Shown here: positions 25,590 to 37,750 of the stretch, piece by piece
Numbering within the stretch: the stretch's first letter is position 1
How the letters are laid out: each line of letters begins with the position of its first letter
Source of the DNA: Takakia lepidozioides
Taxonomy: Eukaryota; Plantae; Bryophyta
DNA length: 64,000 bases
NCBI GenBank assembly: GCA_030704615.1
Contig: CM060732.1
Coordinates: 49,414,001 to 49,478,000, forward strand
Reading direction: 5' to 3'
Position numbers and translations under genes: made by a program
The notes under the pieces: model-generated
The model's input: only the letters and a program-made list of their open reading frames with translations
Database searches by the model: none
What the model was told of the DNA's origin: nothing

Positions 25590-28500
25590 TGATGACGGCT
25601 GAAGGGGAGAAGCCGGCACCGTGCCGTCACATTACTACCCCCGAATGGAAATTCGGCACCCAATATCCAACAGGGGAAGCCCGGATGAAGTCGCCTCGGG
25701 CGCAGAGGCCGGCGCGTGTGCGACAGAGAACATCCCCTGGATGGAGATTCGGCGCCGAATTTCCATCCAGCAGGTAAAGGAAGTCGTGTCGGGGGGTCAG
25801 GCCGAAAACTGGCCGGCATAAAAACATCCCCAGATGGAAAAACGGCGCCGAATTTCCATCCGGGGCGGTTCGGATGCAGTCGGGGAGGGGGGAGAGGCCG
25901 ACACTTGGCCGTCACATTTCAACCCCCGGACGGAAATTCGGCACCGAATATCGAACAGGGGACGCCCGGATGAAGTCGCCTCGGGCGTAGAGGTCGGCAC
26001 GTGTTCGACAGAGAGCATCCCTTGGATGGAGATTCGGCGCCGAATTTCCATCCGGGCCCCCCCAAGGAAGTCTTGTCGGGGTGTCAGACTGAAAACTGGC
26101 CGACATAAAAACCTCCCCAGATGGGAAAACGGCGCCGAATTTCAATCCGGGGCCATTCCAATGCGGTTGGGGAGGGGGGAGAGGTCGGCACCTGGCCGTC
26201 ATATTTCAACCGCCGGACGGAAATTCGGCACCGAATATCCAACAGAGCGGCGGAGAGGCCGGCACCTCTCCGACAGAGACCAGCCCCCGGATGGAAATTC
26301 GGCGCCGAATTTCCACCCAGCAGGTAAGTGCAATCCCGGATGGATGGAAATCCGGCGCCGAATTTCCATCCAGCAGGTAAGTGAAATCCCGGATCGATCG
26401 AAATCCGGCGCCGCATATCCATCCTGCAGGTAATTCGAATCCCGGATGGATGGAAATTCGGCGCCGAATTTCCATCCAGCAGGTAAGTTGAATCCCGGAT
26501 GGATGGAAATCCGGCGCCGAATTTCCATCCAGCAGGTAAGTGAAATCCCGGATCGATCGAAATCCGGCGCCGCATATCCATCCTGCAGGTAATTCGAATC
26601 CCGGATGGATGGAAATTCGGCGCCGAATTTCCATCCAGCAGGTAAGTTGAATACCGGATGGATAGAAATCCGGCACCGAATTTCCATCCAGCTGGTAAGT
26701 CGGATCGCTGGCGTATGGATATTCGGCGCCGAATTTCCATTAGGCAGGTATTTCATCGCTGAGAATTACCTTCCTGCAGGTAATTCTGATCGATGAATTA
26801 CCTTCCTGCAGGTAATTCTCAGCGATGAATTACCTTCCTGCAGGTAATTCTTATCGACGAAGGTAGGAAGGTAATTCCTCGCTCAGAATTACCTGCAGGA
26901 AGGTAATTCATCGCTGAGAATTACCTACAGGAAGGTAATTCATTGATCAGAATTACCTGCAGGAAGGTAATTCTCAGCGATGAAATACCTGCAGGATGGA
27001 AATTCGGCGCCGGATTTCGATCCATCCGGGATTCCAGTAACCTGCTGGATGGAAATGCGGCGCCGAATTTCCATCCATCCGGGATTCGAATTACCTGCTG
27101 GACGGAAATTCGGCGCCGAATTTCCAATCATCCGGGATTCCACTTACCTGCAGGATGGAAATCCGGCGCCGAATTTCCATCCATCCGGAATTACCTGCAG
27201 GATGGAAATTCGGCGCCGGATTTCCATCCATCCGGGATTCCACTTACCTGCTGGATGGAAATCCGGCGCCGAATTTCCATCCATCCGGGATTCGAATTAC
27301 CTGCAGGATGGAAATTCGGCGCCGGATTTCCATCCATCCGGGATTCCACTTACCTGCTGGATGGAAATCCGGCGCCGAATTTCCATCCATCCGGATTCGA
27401 ATTACCTGCAGGATGGAAATTCGGTGCCGAATTTCCATCCATCCGGGTTCGAATTACCTGCAGGATGGAAATTCGGCGCCGGATTTCCATCCATCCGGAT
27501 TCCACTTACCTGTAGGATGGAAATCCGGTGCCGGATCTCCATCCATCCGCTCTCCGACCAACCTTGCGGATGGAAATCCGGTGCCGAATTTCCATCCATC
27601 CGCTCTTCGAATTACCTGCATGACGGAAATTTTGCGCGCCGACCTAGCTGGCGGATGGAAATTCGGCGCCGGATTTCCATCCATCCGCTCTTGGAATTAC
27701 CTGCATGACTGGAAAAATGGCGCCGAATTTGCGATTTTGGTGCAAGTCAGATATGGGACTTAGCCATTTACGGCCCCGAAATGGAAAAAAGGCGCAAAAA
27801 AAAAAAAAAAAAAAAAAAAAAACGCCATTTTTCCATGTCGGGGCCGAAAACGGCTAAGTCCCAGATCTGACTGGCACCCAAAATCGGAAATTCGGCGCCA
27901 TTTTTCCAGTCATGCAGGTAATTCCAAGAGCGGATGGATGGAAATCCGGCGCCGGATTTTCATCCATCCGCTCTTCGAATTACCTGCGCGACGGAAATTT
28001 TGCGCGCCGACTTACCTGGTGGATGGAAATCCGGCGCCGGATTTCCATCCATCCGCTCTTGGAATTACCTGCATGACTGGAAAATGGCGCCGAATTTGCG
28101 ATTTTGGTGCAAGTCAGATATGGGACTTAGCCATTTACGGCCCCGAAATGGAAAAAAGGCGCAAAAAAAAAAAAAAAAAAAAAAAACGCCATTTTTCCAT
28201 GTCGGGGCCGAAAACGGCTAAGTCCCAGATCTGACTGGCACCCAAAATCGGAAATTCGGCGCCATTTTTCCAGTCATGCAGGTAATTCCAAGAGCGGATG
28301 GATGGAAATCCGGCGCCGGATTTTCATCCATCCGCTCTTCGAATTACCTGCGCGACGGAAATTTTGCGCGCCGACTTACCTGGTGGATGGAAATCCGGCG
28401 CCGGATTTCCATCCATCCGCTCTTGGAATTACCTGCATGACTGGAAAAATGGCGCCGAATTTGCGATTTTGGTGCAAGTCAGATATGGGACTTAGCCATT

Positions 28501-28893
28501 TACGGCCCCGAAATGGAAAAAAGGCGCAAAAAAAAAAAAAAAAAAAAAAAAAACGCCATTTTTCCATGTCGGGGCCGAAAACGGGCTAAGTCCCAGATCT
28601 GACTGGCACCCAAATCGGAAATTCGGCGCCATTTTCCCAGTCATGCAGGTAATTCCAAGAGCGGATGGATGGAAATCCGGCGCCGGATTTTCATCCATCC
28701 GCTCTTCGAATTACCTGCGCGACGAAAATTTTGCGCGCCGACTTACCTGGTGGATGGAAATCCGGCGCCGGATTTCCATCCATCCGCTCTTGGAATTACC
28801 TGCATGACTGGAAAAATGGCGCCGAATTTCCGATTTTGGTGCAAGTCAGATATAGGGACTTAGCCATTTACGGCCCCGAAATGGAAAAAAGGC

Positions 28894-28930
<37 letters not shown>

Positions 28931-29267
28931 GCCATTTTTCCATGTCGGGGCGAAAACGTCTAAGTCCCAGATCTGACTGGCACCCAAAATCGGAATTCGG
29001 CGCCATTTTTCCAGTCATGCAGGTAATTCGAAGAGCGGATGGATGGAAATCCGGCGCCGGATTTTCATCCATCCGCTCTTCGAATTACCTGCATGACGGA
29101 AATTTGCGCGCCGACTTACCTGGTGGATGGAAATCCGGCGCCGGATTTCCATCCATCCGCTCTTGGAATTACCTGCATGACTGGAAAAATGGCGCCGAAT
29201 TTCCGATTTTGGTGCAAGTCAGATCTGGGACTAAGCCATTTTCGGCCCCGAAATGGAAAAATGGCGC

Positions 29268-29305
<38 letters not shown>

Positions 29306-31180
29306 ACCCATTTTTCCATGTCGGGGCCGAAAACGGCTTAGTGCCAGATCTGACTGGCACCCAAAATCGGAAATTCGGCGCCATTTTTCCAGTCATGCAG
29401 GTAATTCCAAGAGCGGATGGATGGAAATCCGGCGCCGGATTTTCATCCATCCTCCGCTCTTCGAATTACCTGCATGACGGAAATTTTGCGCGCCGACTTA
29501 CCTGGTGGATGGAAATCCGGCTCCGGATTTCCATCCATCCGCTCTTGGAATTACCTGCATGACTGGAAAAATGGCGCCGAATTTCCGATTTTGGTGCCAG
29601 TCAGATCTGGGACTTAGCCATTTTCGGCAACGAAATGGAAAAATGTCGCCAAAAAAAAAAAAAAAAAAAAAAAAAAACGTCATTATTTTGTTGGGGGCCG
29701 AAAACGGCTAAGTCCCAGATCTGACTGGCACCCAAAATCGGAAATTCGGCGCCATTTTTCCAGTCATGCAGGTAATTCCAAGAGCGGATGGATGGAAATC
29801 CGGCGCCGGATTTTCATCCATCCGCTCTTCGAATTACCTGCATGACGGAAATTTTGCGCGCCGACCTAGCTGGCGGATGGTAATCCGGCGCCGGATTTCC
29901 ATCCATCCGCTCTTCGAATTACCTGCATGACTGGAAAAATGGCGCCGAATTTTCCGATTTTGGTGCCAGTCAGATCTGGGACTTAGCCATTTTCGGCCCC
30001 GAAATGGAAAAATGGCGCCGAAAATAAAATAAAATAAAAATAAAAATAAATAAATAAACGCCATTTTCCAGTTCGGGGCCGAAAACGGCTAAGTCCCAGA
30101 TCTGACTGGCACCCAAAATCGGAAATTCGGCGCCATTTTTCCATTTCTGGGCCCAGTCAGATCTGGGACTTAGCCATTTTCGGCCCCGAACTGGATAAAT
30201 CGCGCCGAAAAAAAAAAAAAAAAAAAAAAAGGAAAAAAAAAAAAACCGATATTTTTCTAGTTCCGGGCCGAAAACGGCTAAGTCCCAGATCTGACTGGCA
30301 CCCAAAATCGGAAATTCGGCGCCATTTTTCCAGTTCTGGGCCCAATCAGATCTGGGACTTAGCCATTTTCGGCCCCGAACAGGAAAAATGGAAGTTGAAG
30401 ACTCCCACAAGCTGAAACCATACTCCACACATGCACCACTTGCTTCCTTAACACCTGAGCTCTTCTTGAACTCCTCAAACCCTGCAACACTTGCAGAACA
30501 AGAGCTTCTTCACAAGCTCTCAAACTTTCAATGATGCTCTTCTTGAAGACCTCCTCTTGTACATAAACACCACAATTTTCTTCTTGCAAACCCTGCAACA
30601 GCTTGTAACTTAAGAGCTATCTATCAAGCTCTTTTCCACACACAAGTGTTAACTATGCTAACACCTTGCACTTATAGATGTAAGCAGGTCTTCTTCTAGT
30701 GATACGGAAATGGTGAAAAGAGGAGAAACCATTCTATCACGTTATATAAGTCAAGCCAATGGCACCTTTGCTAAAAGACTCCACCATACAGACCTCACCC
30801 ACTCTCCATCTCAATCTCAGACTAGAGCGAGTTCAATTGGCTCAACTTTTGTTTGACCACATGTTTTTTGAAAGCAGAGGCATAGCCAGTGGGTACTTTC
30901 AGGGCCGAAATGGCTAAGTCCCTAGAGTGGCTGGCACCAAAATCGGAAATTCGGCGCCATTTTGCCAGTTCCGGGCCCAGTCAGATCTGGGACTTAGCCA
31001 TTTTAGGCCCCGAACTGGTAAAATGGCACCGAAAAAAAAAAAAAAAAAAAAAAAACGCCATTGTTCTAGTTCGGGGCCTAAAATGGCTAAGTCCCAGATC
31101 TGACTGGCACCAAAATCGGAAATTCGGCGCCATTTTTCCAGTTCCGGGCCTAGTCAGATCTGGGACTTAGCCATTTTCGG
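25590..31180. repeat. Complex fold-back satellite inside MULE-1 (core GGAAATTCGGCGCCGAATTTCC)
   Basis: ~285-bp units at 25.6-26.3 kb. ~60-bp units forming a large inverted repeat centred near 26865. ~365-bp units (GGCGCAAAA at 27791, ~28158, 28523, 28891) each made of inverted arms around a poly(A) loop. Confidence 0.93.
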
Positions 31181-34100
31181 CAAGTAAATGCAATAAAATG
31201 TTGCATTTCAAGTCCACTGGTGCCACATTCCATTCAACTTCACATGACCCTATTTCCGTGCCTCCTAACCCTATTTCCGTGGACTTACAATGGTCTGCTC
31301 ATGTTTTTTTTTTTTCCGCTCATGCTCATGCCGCTCATGCTCATGCCGCTCATGAAATAGCAGCCCCCGTCATGACTCCAGCCTCACCACCGATAGCATA
31401 CTCTAGGATTGACCGTGATCAAATCCGGCCTAATCCCTATGAAAGCAAGCGCCCACACAAAACCAACATGGCGCCACATTCAAGCATGCAGGTGTGGGGA
31501 GGATCCAAACACAGACACCCAAACTCAACACCCCCACTAGACCAAATCCCTCCACAGTGCTGCGCCTGCAGAATACCCCATACCCCCGCCCAAAAACCCC
31601 GGTACTGACTGGCCTTCCACCAAGAGAGGCTTTCGCAACTACAAGTACAAGTAATGACAATAGTAAAGAGAGGGAGGGGAAGAATAGAGGTCCGACCAAG
31701 CAAGATCTAATTCTGATCTATGCTATCAACTGCCAGACTTCTCTCAAAGTGCCTCGCTCTGCATGATGTAAGGTGTGGGAGGTATATCTATATCCAGAAC
31801 CCGGCCACTACCTTATCCCAAGCTACAGTAGCTCGCTCTAACCAACCTCCTCCTCTCTCTGCCAGGTAGAGACAAACAATACTCCCCTATCCTCCCGCTC
31901 AATGATTACTAAAGAAAATAAAGGTAGGGTCTGACAGTCTCTCAACTCGAAAGCTTTGAGACGGTTGCGGGTGTCCTCATTGCAAATGACTGCATCTCCT
32001 TCAAGCAAAACAAACTGTTTGTTGCTAATGAACCCCCGTTCGTGGTTGCCTCGTGCAGAGCGTGTCCGGCTGCAACCACGTCTGATTGCAAAAACTTGGC
32101 AGCGCCTGCTCCTCTGTTCCAGTACACCACGACCTTGTGGCTGAACACCTTGGTCCCCAGGGTTGTCTTTGGCTGTGTTCCAAGCCTAGCTTCCCCCACT
32201 TTGGTATTTCGCCTACAGCTGCAGAACTGCTTGCTCCAACAGAGTTCTGACTGTCCAAAGCAATATTGAGGCCCTCAACGCCAACTACAGCAGTTTGTTG
32301 TCTATTGCTAATGCCTGACTCCCAGTATGCAATCAACTCGTCCAACTGCTTTCCACTCAAATCAGTCTGAGTTCCTGGAGAAACATAAATCTTGTCCCCT
32401 TGTGTGCACAGGCTAAGAGAAGAGACCATTGCACAGATTCCACGCCCCACGGATGTGAGCCGAGTTCGAGCTTTCATGGGTTTGGCAAACTATTATAGAT
32501 GGTTTGTCAAGGGATTTAGTACCATTGCAAAGGCTCTAACCAAGCTAACCAAGGTGGACCAGGAGTGGCAGTGGGAAGATGAGCAAGAACGAGCTTTCCA
32601 AGAGCTCAAGGCGAGGTTGACCTCGGCGCCCATCTTGAGACGATCTATCAGGGGGCGTCCTTTTCAGCTGCATATAGATTGGAGCATGCTGGGGCTTGGA
32701 GCGGTGCTCACACAGGTGGATGATGAGGGAAGAGAGTTCGTAGTGGCTTATGCCAGTCGCTCAAACAACGCTGCAGAGCCTAAGTATAGCTCATATGAGG
32801 GAGAGTGCTTAGCTGCAGTGTGGGCCGTTGCACACTTCAGGTGCTATCTATATGGCAATCTCTTCACCTTTGTCACAGATCACCAGCCACTCAAGTGGTT
32901 GATGGAGTCAGACAAACTTACGGGGAAGCTTGCACGGTGGGCACTCATACTTCAAGAGTATGACTGTCAGGTTGTGCATTGACCGGGTTTGGTCACTCGG
33001 GATGCGGATGGGTTGAGTCGTAATCCATGCACGAGCCAGCAGGATGACACTGGAGCTCAGTGGCATGGTGAGACGGACGAGGAGATGGTGCCCGGATGGC
33101 ATGCATCTGCATTTCTGTGTATCTTGGCAGCGGAAGGCCAGGTTGGACCTACAACATGGATGACTGTAGACCGAGTGTCTGAGGACCCTGAGGCCAGCAA
33201 TGAGCAAGGTGGCGCCAAAGATATACATGAGGATTCAGCTGTGTTGGACTATCTCCGCACTGGGGGCACGGCAGCCACTATGACTGCCAAGGAGAGGGAT
33301 CGGATCCTACAACGAGCCAAGAGGTTCAAGTGGGAGGGGACACACCTGCTCCAAGTGTGGGAAGATGGTCGAGTGAGGATTGTGCCTTACCCAACCCAGC
33401 GGGCACGGTTAGTGCGGCATGCCCATGAGGAGTTGGGGCATTTTGGGGTGCGACGCACTCATAGTCTACTACAGGTGGGCAGTATTGGTGGCGTGGTATG
33501 CACACAGAGGTGCAACAATTTGTGGCTAGGTGCATGGTGTGTGACAGGGTGCGTGCTTCATTCAACGCCCCTACTCCACAATTGCACCCTCTTCCGATCA
33601 TGGGATTGGGCTACAGGTGGAGTCTTGATTTCGCCGGGCCGTTGCCACTGACCATGCGCCACAACAAGTACGTGTTGGTGATGGTGGAGCACTTCTCCAA
33701 GTAGATCGAGTTGGTTCCATTGCCTGATAAGGCTAGTGAGGGAGTTGCGTATGCATTCTTAGATTGTGTACTTAGCCGATTCGGTGCTCCAGCTGAGGTA
33801 CTCACGGACCAAGGGAGAGAGTTCTTGGGGGAGTTTCAGGCGTTGTGTGACAAGGCCTGTTATAGACCACCGCACCACTTCTCGGGATCATCCTGAGGCC
33901 GATGGCTGGCAGAGAGGGTTGTTCGGACAGTGAAGAAGGGTTTGCGCAAGTATGGCTTGCAGAAGGGACACCTAGGAGATTGGGACCTTCAGTTACCTTG
34001 GTTAGCCATGGGCTACAGGTTCAGCAAGCAAGCATCATTTGCCTCCTTCTCACCATACTTTCTTCTCTTTGGCCGAGAGCCGGATTTGCCTGCATCCATT

Positions 34101-34520
34101 CGTAGAGAAGCTGCTACAGTTCTCAACCTTGACGATCCGGACATGTGGGCACGTGCATGTGATCAGCGTGCAGAGTTGTTCAAAAAAGTCATGCCCATGG
34201 CTTTCGAGATTTTGCCATTGCACAACATCGTGATACGTTGAGGTATGCTACCATACGTGGTGGGGGCTATCGTCCTGGGGTTCGGAGATTTAACCCTGGT
34301 GACTATGTTTATCTGCAGCAGACTGCTCCTACGACCTTGGATGTGACTGCAGGTTGTACTATTTTGAGGGTTCGAGAGGTGTTGCCCTCAGGAGTCCTGA
34401 TCCTGGAGGGTCGGGATGGCATGATTTGGAAGGACCATGTGCGTATTGCGCGCCATGTCACCTTCCAATGTTGATGGAAGGGTTGACCCAAACCTGGCAG
34501 TGGTACCTGCAAGTTTGAGG

Positions 34521-34667
34521 TGCATGTTGTGTGTGGGTCTGCTAGAGAGGGCAGCCACCATGCTGGTGTGTGGTCAATGATCTAGAGGTTGGCATATGGG
34601 ATGCTTGACTCCACCTCTTGAGATGGTTCCTGATGGGGATTGGTTATGTCCGCATTGCATTGGATAG
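34521..34667 (+). pseudogene. PHD finger at the C-terminus of the Gypsy pol region
   Basis: CMLC-x12-CGQ*SRGWHMGCLTPPLEMVPDGDWLCPHC fits C4HC3; the fourth Cys codon is TGA. Confidence 0.85.
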
Positions 34668-34927
34668 TGGGAGTGGATACAACCATGGAAGGCTAACAAG
34701 AAATGCAAGGCCAAGCTACTAGGAGACCAACACACGAGATCCTGACTCAAGTTCACAGATTGCAAGACGGCGACTAACGATGGGGTTGCTCTTGTACCCG
34801 GCCTCTTTGGTTCTATAGAGTTTGAGTACAATAGGGACAGTGATATAATGACTTAGTACGGCTGCGGCTTTACATCTTGTAGCTATCTGGAGTTAGAGGG
34901 ACCTAACCACCAGGCTAGGGGGGCGAT

Positions 34928-35015
34928 TGTGGCAGACTACTTTATTGTGCATATATGTGTGGGTGGTTTGGACAGTGATGTAGTTGTGTAATGATACGTT
35001 TATGCGCACGACAGC
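34928..35015 (+). repeat. Partial 3' LTR
   Basis: Matches the first ~88 nt of the 18174-18318 LTR in opposite orientation; truncated by the next element. Confidence 0.8.
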
Positions 35016-36304
35016 TGTTTAAGTAAATAAAACAAAGTGTGAAACTAACTAGAATAAATCTAGTTATTTTGTATTTAACACTTGGAATTAGTTCAGGGTT
35101 AAGTCAGTGTCAAGTTTAGCTTGACACCTTAACCACTTTTATCTTCACGAGCGCGTCGTCAGTTCGTGCGGCTGGTGGTCTGTCGTCGGACTGAGGCGGG
35201 CTCCGAGGGGAGCCGGCACGACCGAGCTCCTTCACTGCTTAGGAATCTGAGTGTGGGGGGCTTATGAAGGGAGGAATAGGAGGTTGGGGGGGGGGGAGTC
35301 CCCATAGCTTGGGGGGGGGCCCCTGGGCTCGACTCTTAGTTTAACGAGGGATGGGGGGGGCATTTCGTTTTTCGGGGTCAACAGTGTGGGGATTTTAGGC
35401 CTATCGAGCGAGGGGTTTACGGGACCTCCTAGGAGTAATCTAGGGGGCCACGCTCTTTCTTCACGACAACCTCCTTCTTTGAAGAGTCAGCTCAAGAGGG
35501 CATGGCGATGACATGTAGGGATAGTGATGCGACCATGTGCTCGGTAGGTTGGCGGCGCTGCTTCTTCTGGGCCTGTTGACCTGTATGTATCAAATGACGA
35601 GCGTGTCGACAGCAAGACCCTTCACCTCAACATTGCTCTCTGTTTTCTTCAACAATCCAAGCAAGAAAGTAACATACTTCAGAGGCCATCGTCCCTATCC
35701 ATTAGAACGTCGCGACTTCGCTTGAGCTGTGCGACGAACACCGCCACAGAAACGGCGGAAGGATGAATCGCTGTTTGTAGGCGAGCACATCTTCCAAGTA
35801 CCGCTTGGCCTTCGCAAGCTCAAAATGCTTGATTGCTTGTGCTGCTTCTCTGGTGTTCTAATGCATTGCTGTTGCGGCTGACGAGTTGGCAGATCACATG
35901 AACAAAAATGTCAAAGCCTCTGGCACTCACAAGTGCAAGCTCATCTCTCTCGAGTGATAGGAAACTAAAATCACACTGTTGACAACGAAAAACGAAATGC
36001 AACACCATCACTCGTTAAACTAAGAGTCGAGCCAGGGGCACCCCAAGCTATGGGGACTCCACCCCACAACATCTTATTCTCCCTTCATAAGCACACTCAG
36101 ATTCTAAGCAGTGAAAGAGCTCGGTCGTGCAGGCTCAACTTGAGAGAGATGAGCCGCACAACTAACGAGCTCGTGAAGATAAGATGGTTCAGGTGTCAAG
36201 CTAAACTTGACACCTGATTTAACACTTGAACTAATTCCAAGTGTTAAATACAAATAACTAGATTTATTCTAGTTAATTTCACACTGTGTTTATTTAACTT
36301 GACA
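35016..36304. mobile_element. Non-coding element with ~390-bp terminal inverted repeats (TGT...ACA)
   Basis: 35016-~35410 is the reverse complement of ~35950-36304 (shared AACTAGAATAAATCTAGTTATT, GTGTCAAGTTTAGCTTGACACC, GCTCGACTCTTAGTTTAACGAG). No TSD seen. Confidence 0.75.
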
Positions 36305-36914
36305 CGACACATGTTGAATCCATTGGAAGTCCATGGATTATTATTTTTTGAATCTATTGCTTTCAGTTTATTTTTAAAAAAAAATAGATAGTAGTATATA
36401 TAAACATTTTTAGTAAAGAGTCGCTCCTCAAAGATTGAAAATATTCTTTACTAGATATTTTAATCTATAATTTGAAAAATATATTTAGACATCGAAATCT
36501 AGAATTTACAACCAAAAACCCAAAACATAAGATGTTATGGACTAGAGCAAATCAACATGTTTTTAGGTGCAAAATAGTCCATAGCTCTCAATTCCTAAGA
36601 TAATTAGTCCACATAAAAGTGGATTTGGGTTGGATTTCAAAATGGCACCCCTAGTGTGTTTTCTTTTGTGTCATTGTATGAGTGTACATGATGTTTTTTC
36701 AGTCCATAAGATTTTATGTGTAATATATGCAGTCCACAGTAATCAACTTTAAATGTCAATGGCTCTCTGGTACATGATTGTTTTTACAATCTAACAATTG
36801 GTTCACATACTTATTGTAGTTAGAAACCCTACACCATATAAATTTAGATGAAATATTGAGTTGTTGAACAAATATGGGTAAAACCATGTATGGAGGTCAC
36901 TGCAGAAACTGCCA

Positions 36915-37750
36915 TGTTACGCAAAAACTGAGACACCCAATCCTGCAAATACCCGAGGTTAGGGCATTTCAATTCAACCAGCTGTCAAGGACAAGAACAT
37001 GACTGAACACAAACAAGAGATCAGACTAGAGGTACAAGACTAGACAAGAAGTCAAGGTCGGCGTGGCCGTATGCACGATGAGTAAATAATGGGAAACGCA
37101 TCCGAGGCGGTTGCAGCTTTCGAAGGGCGACCTCAAAAGCGGAAGAAACGTTGTTAAGGACATCAACCTTGGAGCGTGGGGGAGGAATGCTTAGCCCGGC
37201 TTAGCTAGCTCAGGAATCCGATTGCAAAAACTTGTATTGTACAAACTTTGTTATAAATGAAATGGTTTCCAAATGTTGTGCTTCTTATTTTGTTTGGAAT
37301 GGTGATGCATGGTATGGTTGGCTAGTGTGTAGAATGCATGCTAGCTTACAAAAGTGAGAGAGGTAAATTGGGTTAATCGTGTGTTTGCGCAGTGCCGAAA
37401 TCGGGTGACTCCCACCCAAGGGGCAAGGAAACTTGCGCCTTCTTTGGGAGTTCACGTGCTAGTGCGCACCTGGCGCGTGCGCGTACTATAACTACGCTAC
37501 CGAGGGGGTTGCCTTGTAGTGCGGGCTAATGCGGAAGATACGTGATTCCGTTCACGTACTATAATCGTGTAGCCTCGGGACAAAGTCGTAGTGCGACTTT
37601 GGCGTGTTCCCGTACCTCAAGCCAGCATTCCAAGGCGGACCCAATTGTAGTGATTGGGGCGCACGGTTGGTTCAAGGTTATCTTTCTAGTCAAAAAGGGT
37701 TCAAGGTGAACCCTTGCTCAAGGTGATGCCAAAAAGTGGCATCACGAGCG
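36915..37750 (+). mobile_element. Possible LTR followed by a tRNA-Met-like primer-binding site
   Basis: TGTTAC start; ..GCCA end followed by TGGCATCACGAGC, resembling the TGGTATCAGAGC PBS. No second copy in the window to confirm. Confidence 0.35.

Larger units (their letters stand above)
22795..31368 (-). mobile_element. Mutator-like DNA transposon (MULE-1, 8.6 kb, defective) nested in the Gypsy leader
   Basis: TIRs GAGGTTTGCTATTTCATGAGC.. and GGGGGCTGCTATTTCATGAGC.. followed by CATGAGCGG repeats. Flanks GTCATCAC (22787-22794) and GTCATGAC (31369-31376) form an imperfect TSD. Transposase inside. Confidence 0.85.
18174..32424 (-). mobile_element. Ty3/Gypsy LTR retrotransposon, 5' half (leader, gag, protease, DNMT, RT) joined directly to an LTR; interrupted by a MULE at 22795-31368
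   Basis: Gag zinc knuckles, DSG protease, YIDD RT and an LTR. Sequence on both sides of the MULE shares the GTCAT..CCAGCCTCACCA context. Confidence 0.85.
32425..35015 (+). mobile_element. Ty3/Gypsy 3' half (RT end, RNase H, integrase, PHD finger, PPT, partial LTR), degenerate
   Basis: RNase H: DWS..GLGAVL, AYASR, YEGECLA, TDHQPL. Integrase: HEELGH..CMVC, SLDFAGP, LTDQGREF, AER. PPT at 34917-34926 and LTR starting TG at 34928. Confidence 0.92.

Noticed and set aside
27795-31055. Poly(A) tracts as SINE or retrocopy tails
   Set aside because: They sit at the centre of inverted arms within tandem units, with no TSDs or Pol III boxes.
25493-31170. Dozens of overlapping ORFs (MEIRRRISI.., poly-K/poly-F)
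   Set aside because: These are translations of satellite and poly(A) DNA on both strands.
18169-36310. Single intact LTR element with a TSD
   Set aside because: The LTRs are inverted relative to each other, the right one is truncated, and TACAG is not repeated on the right.
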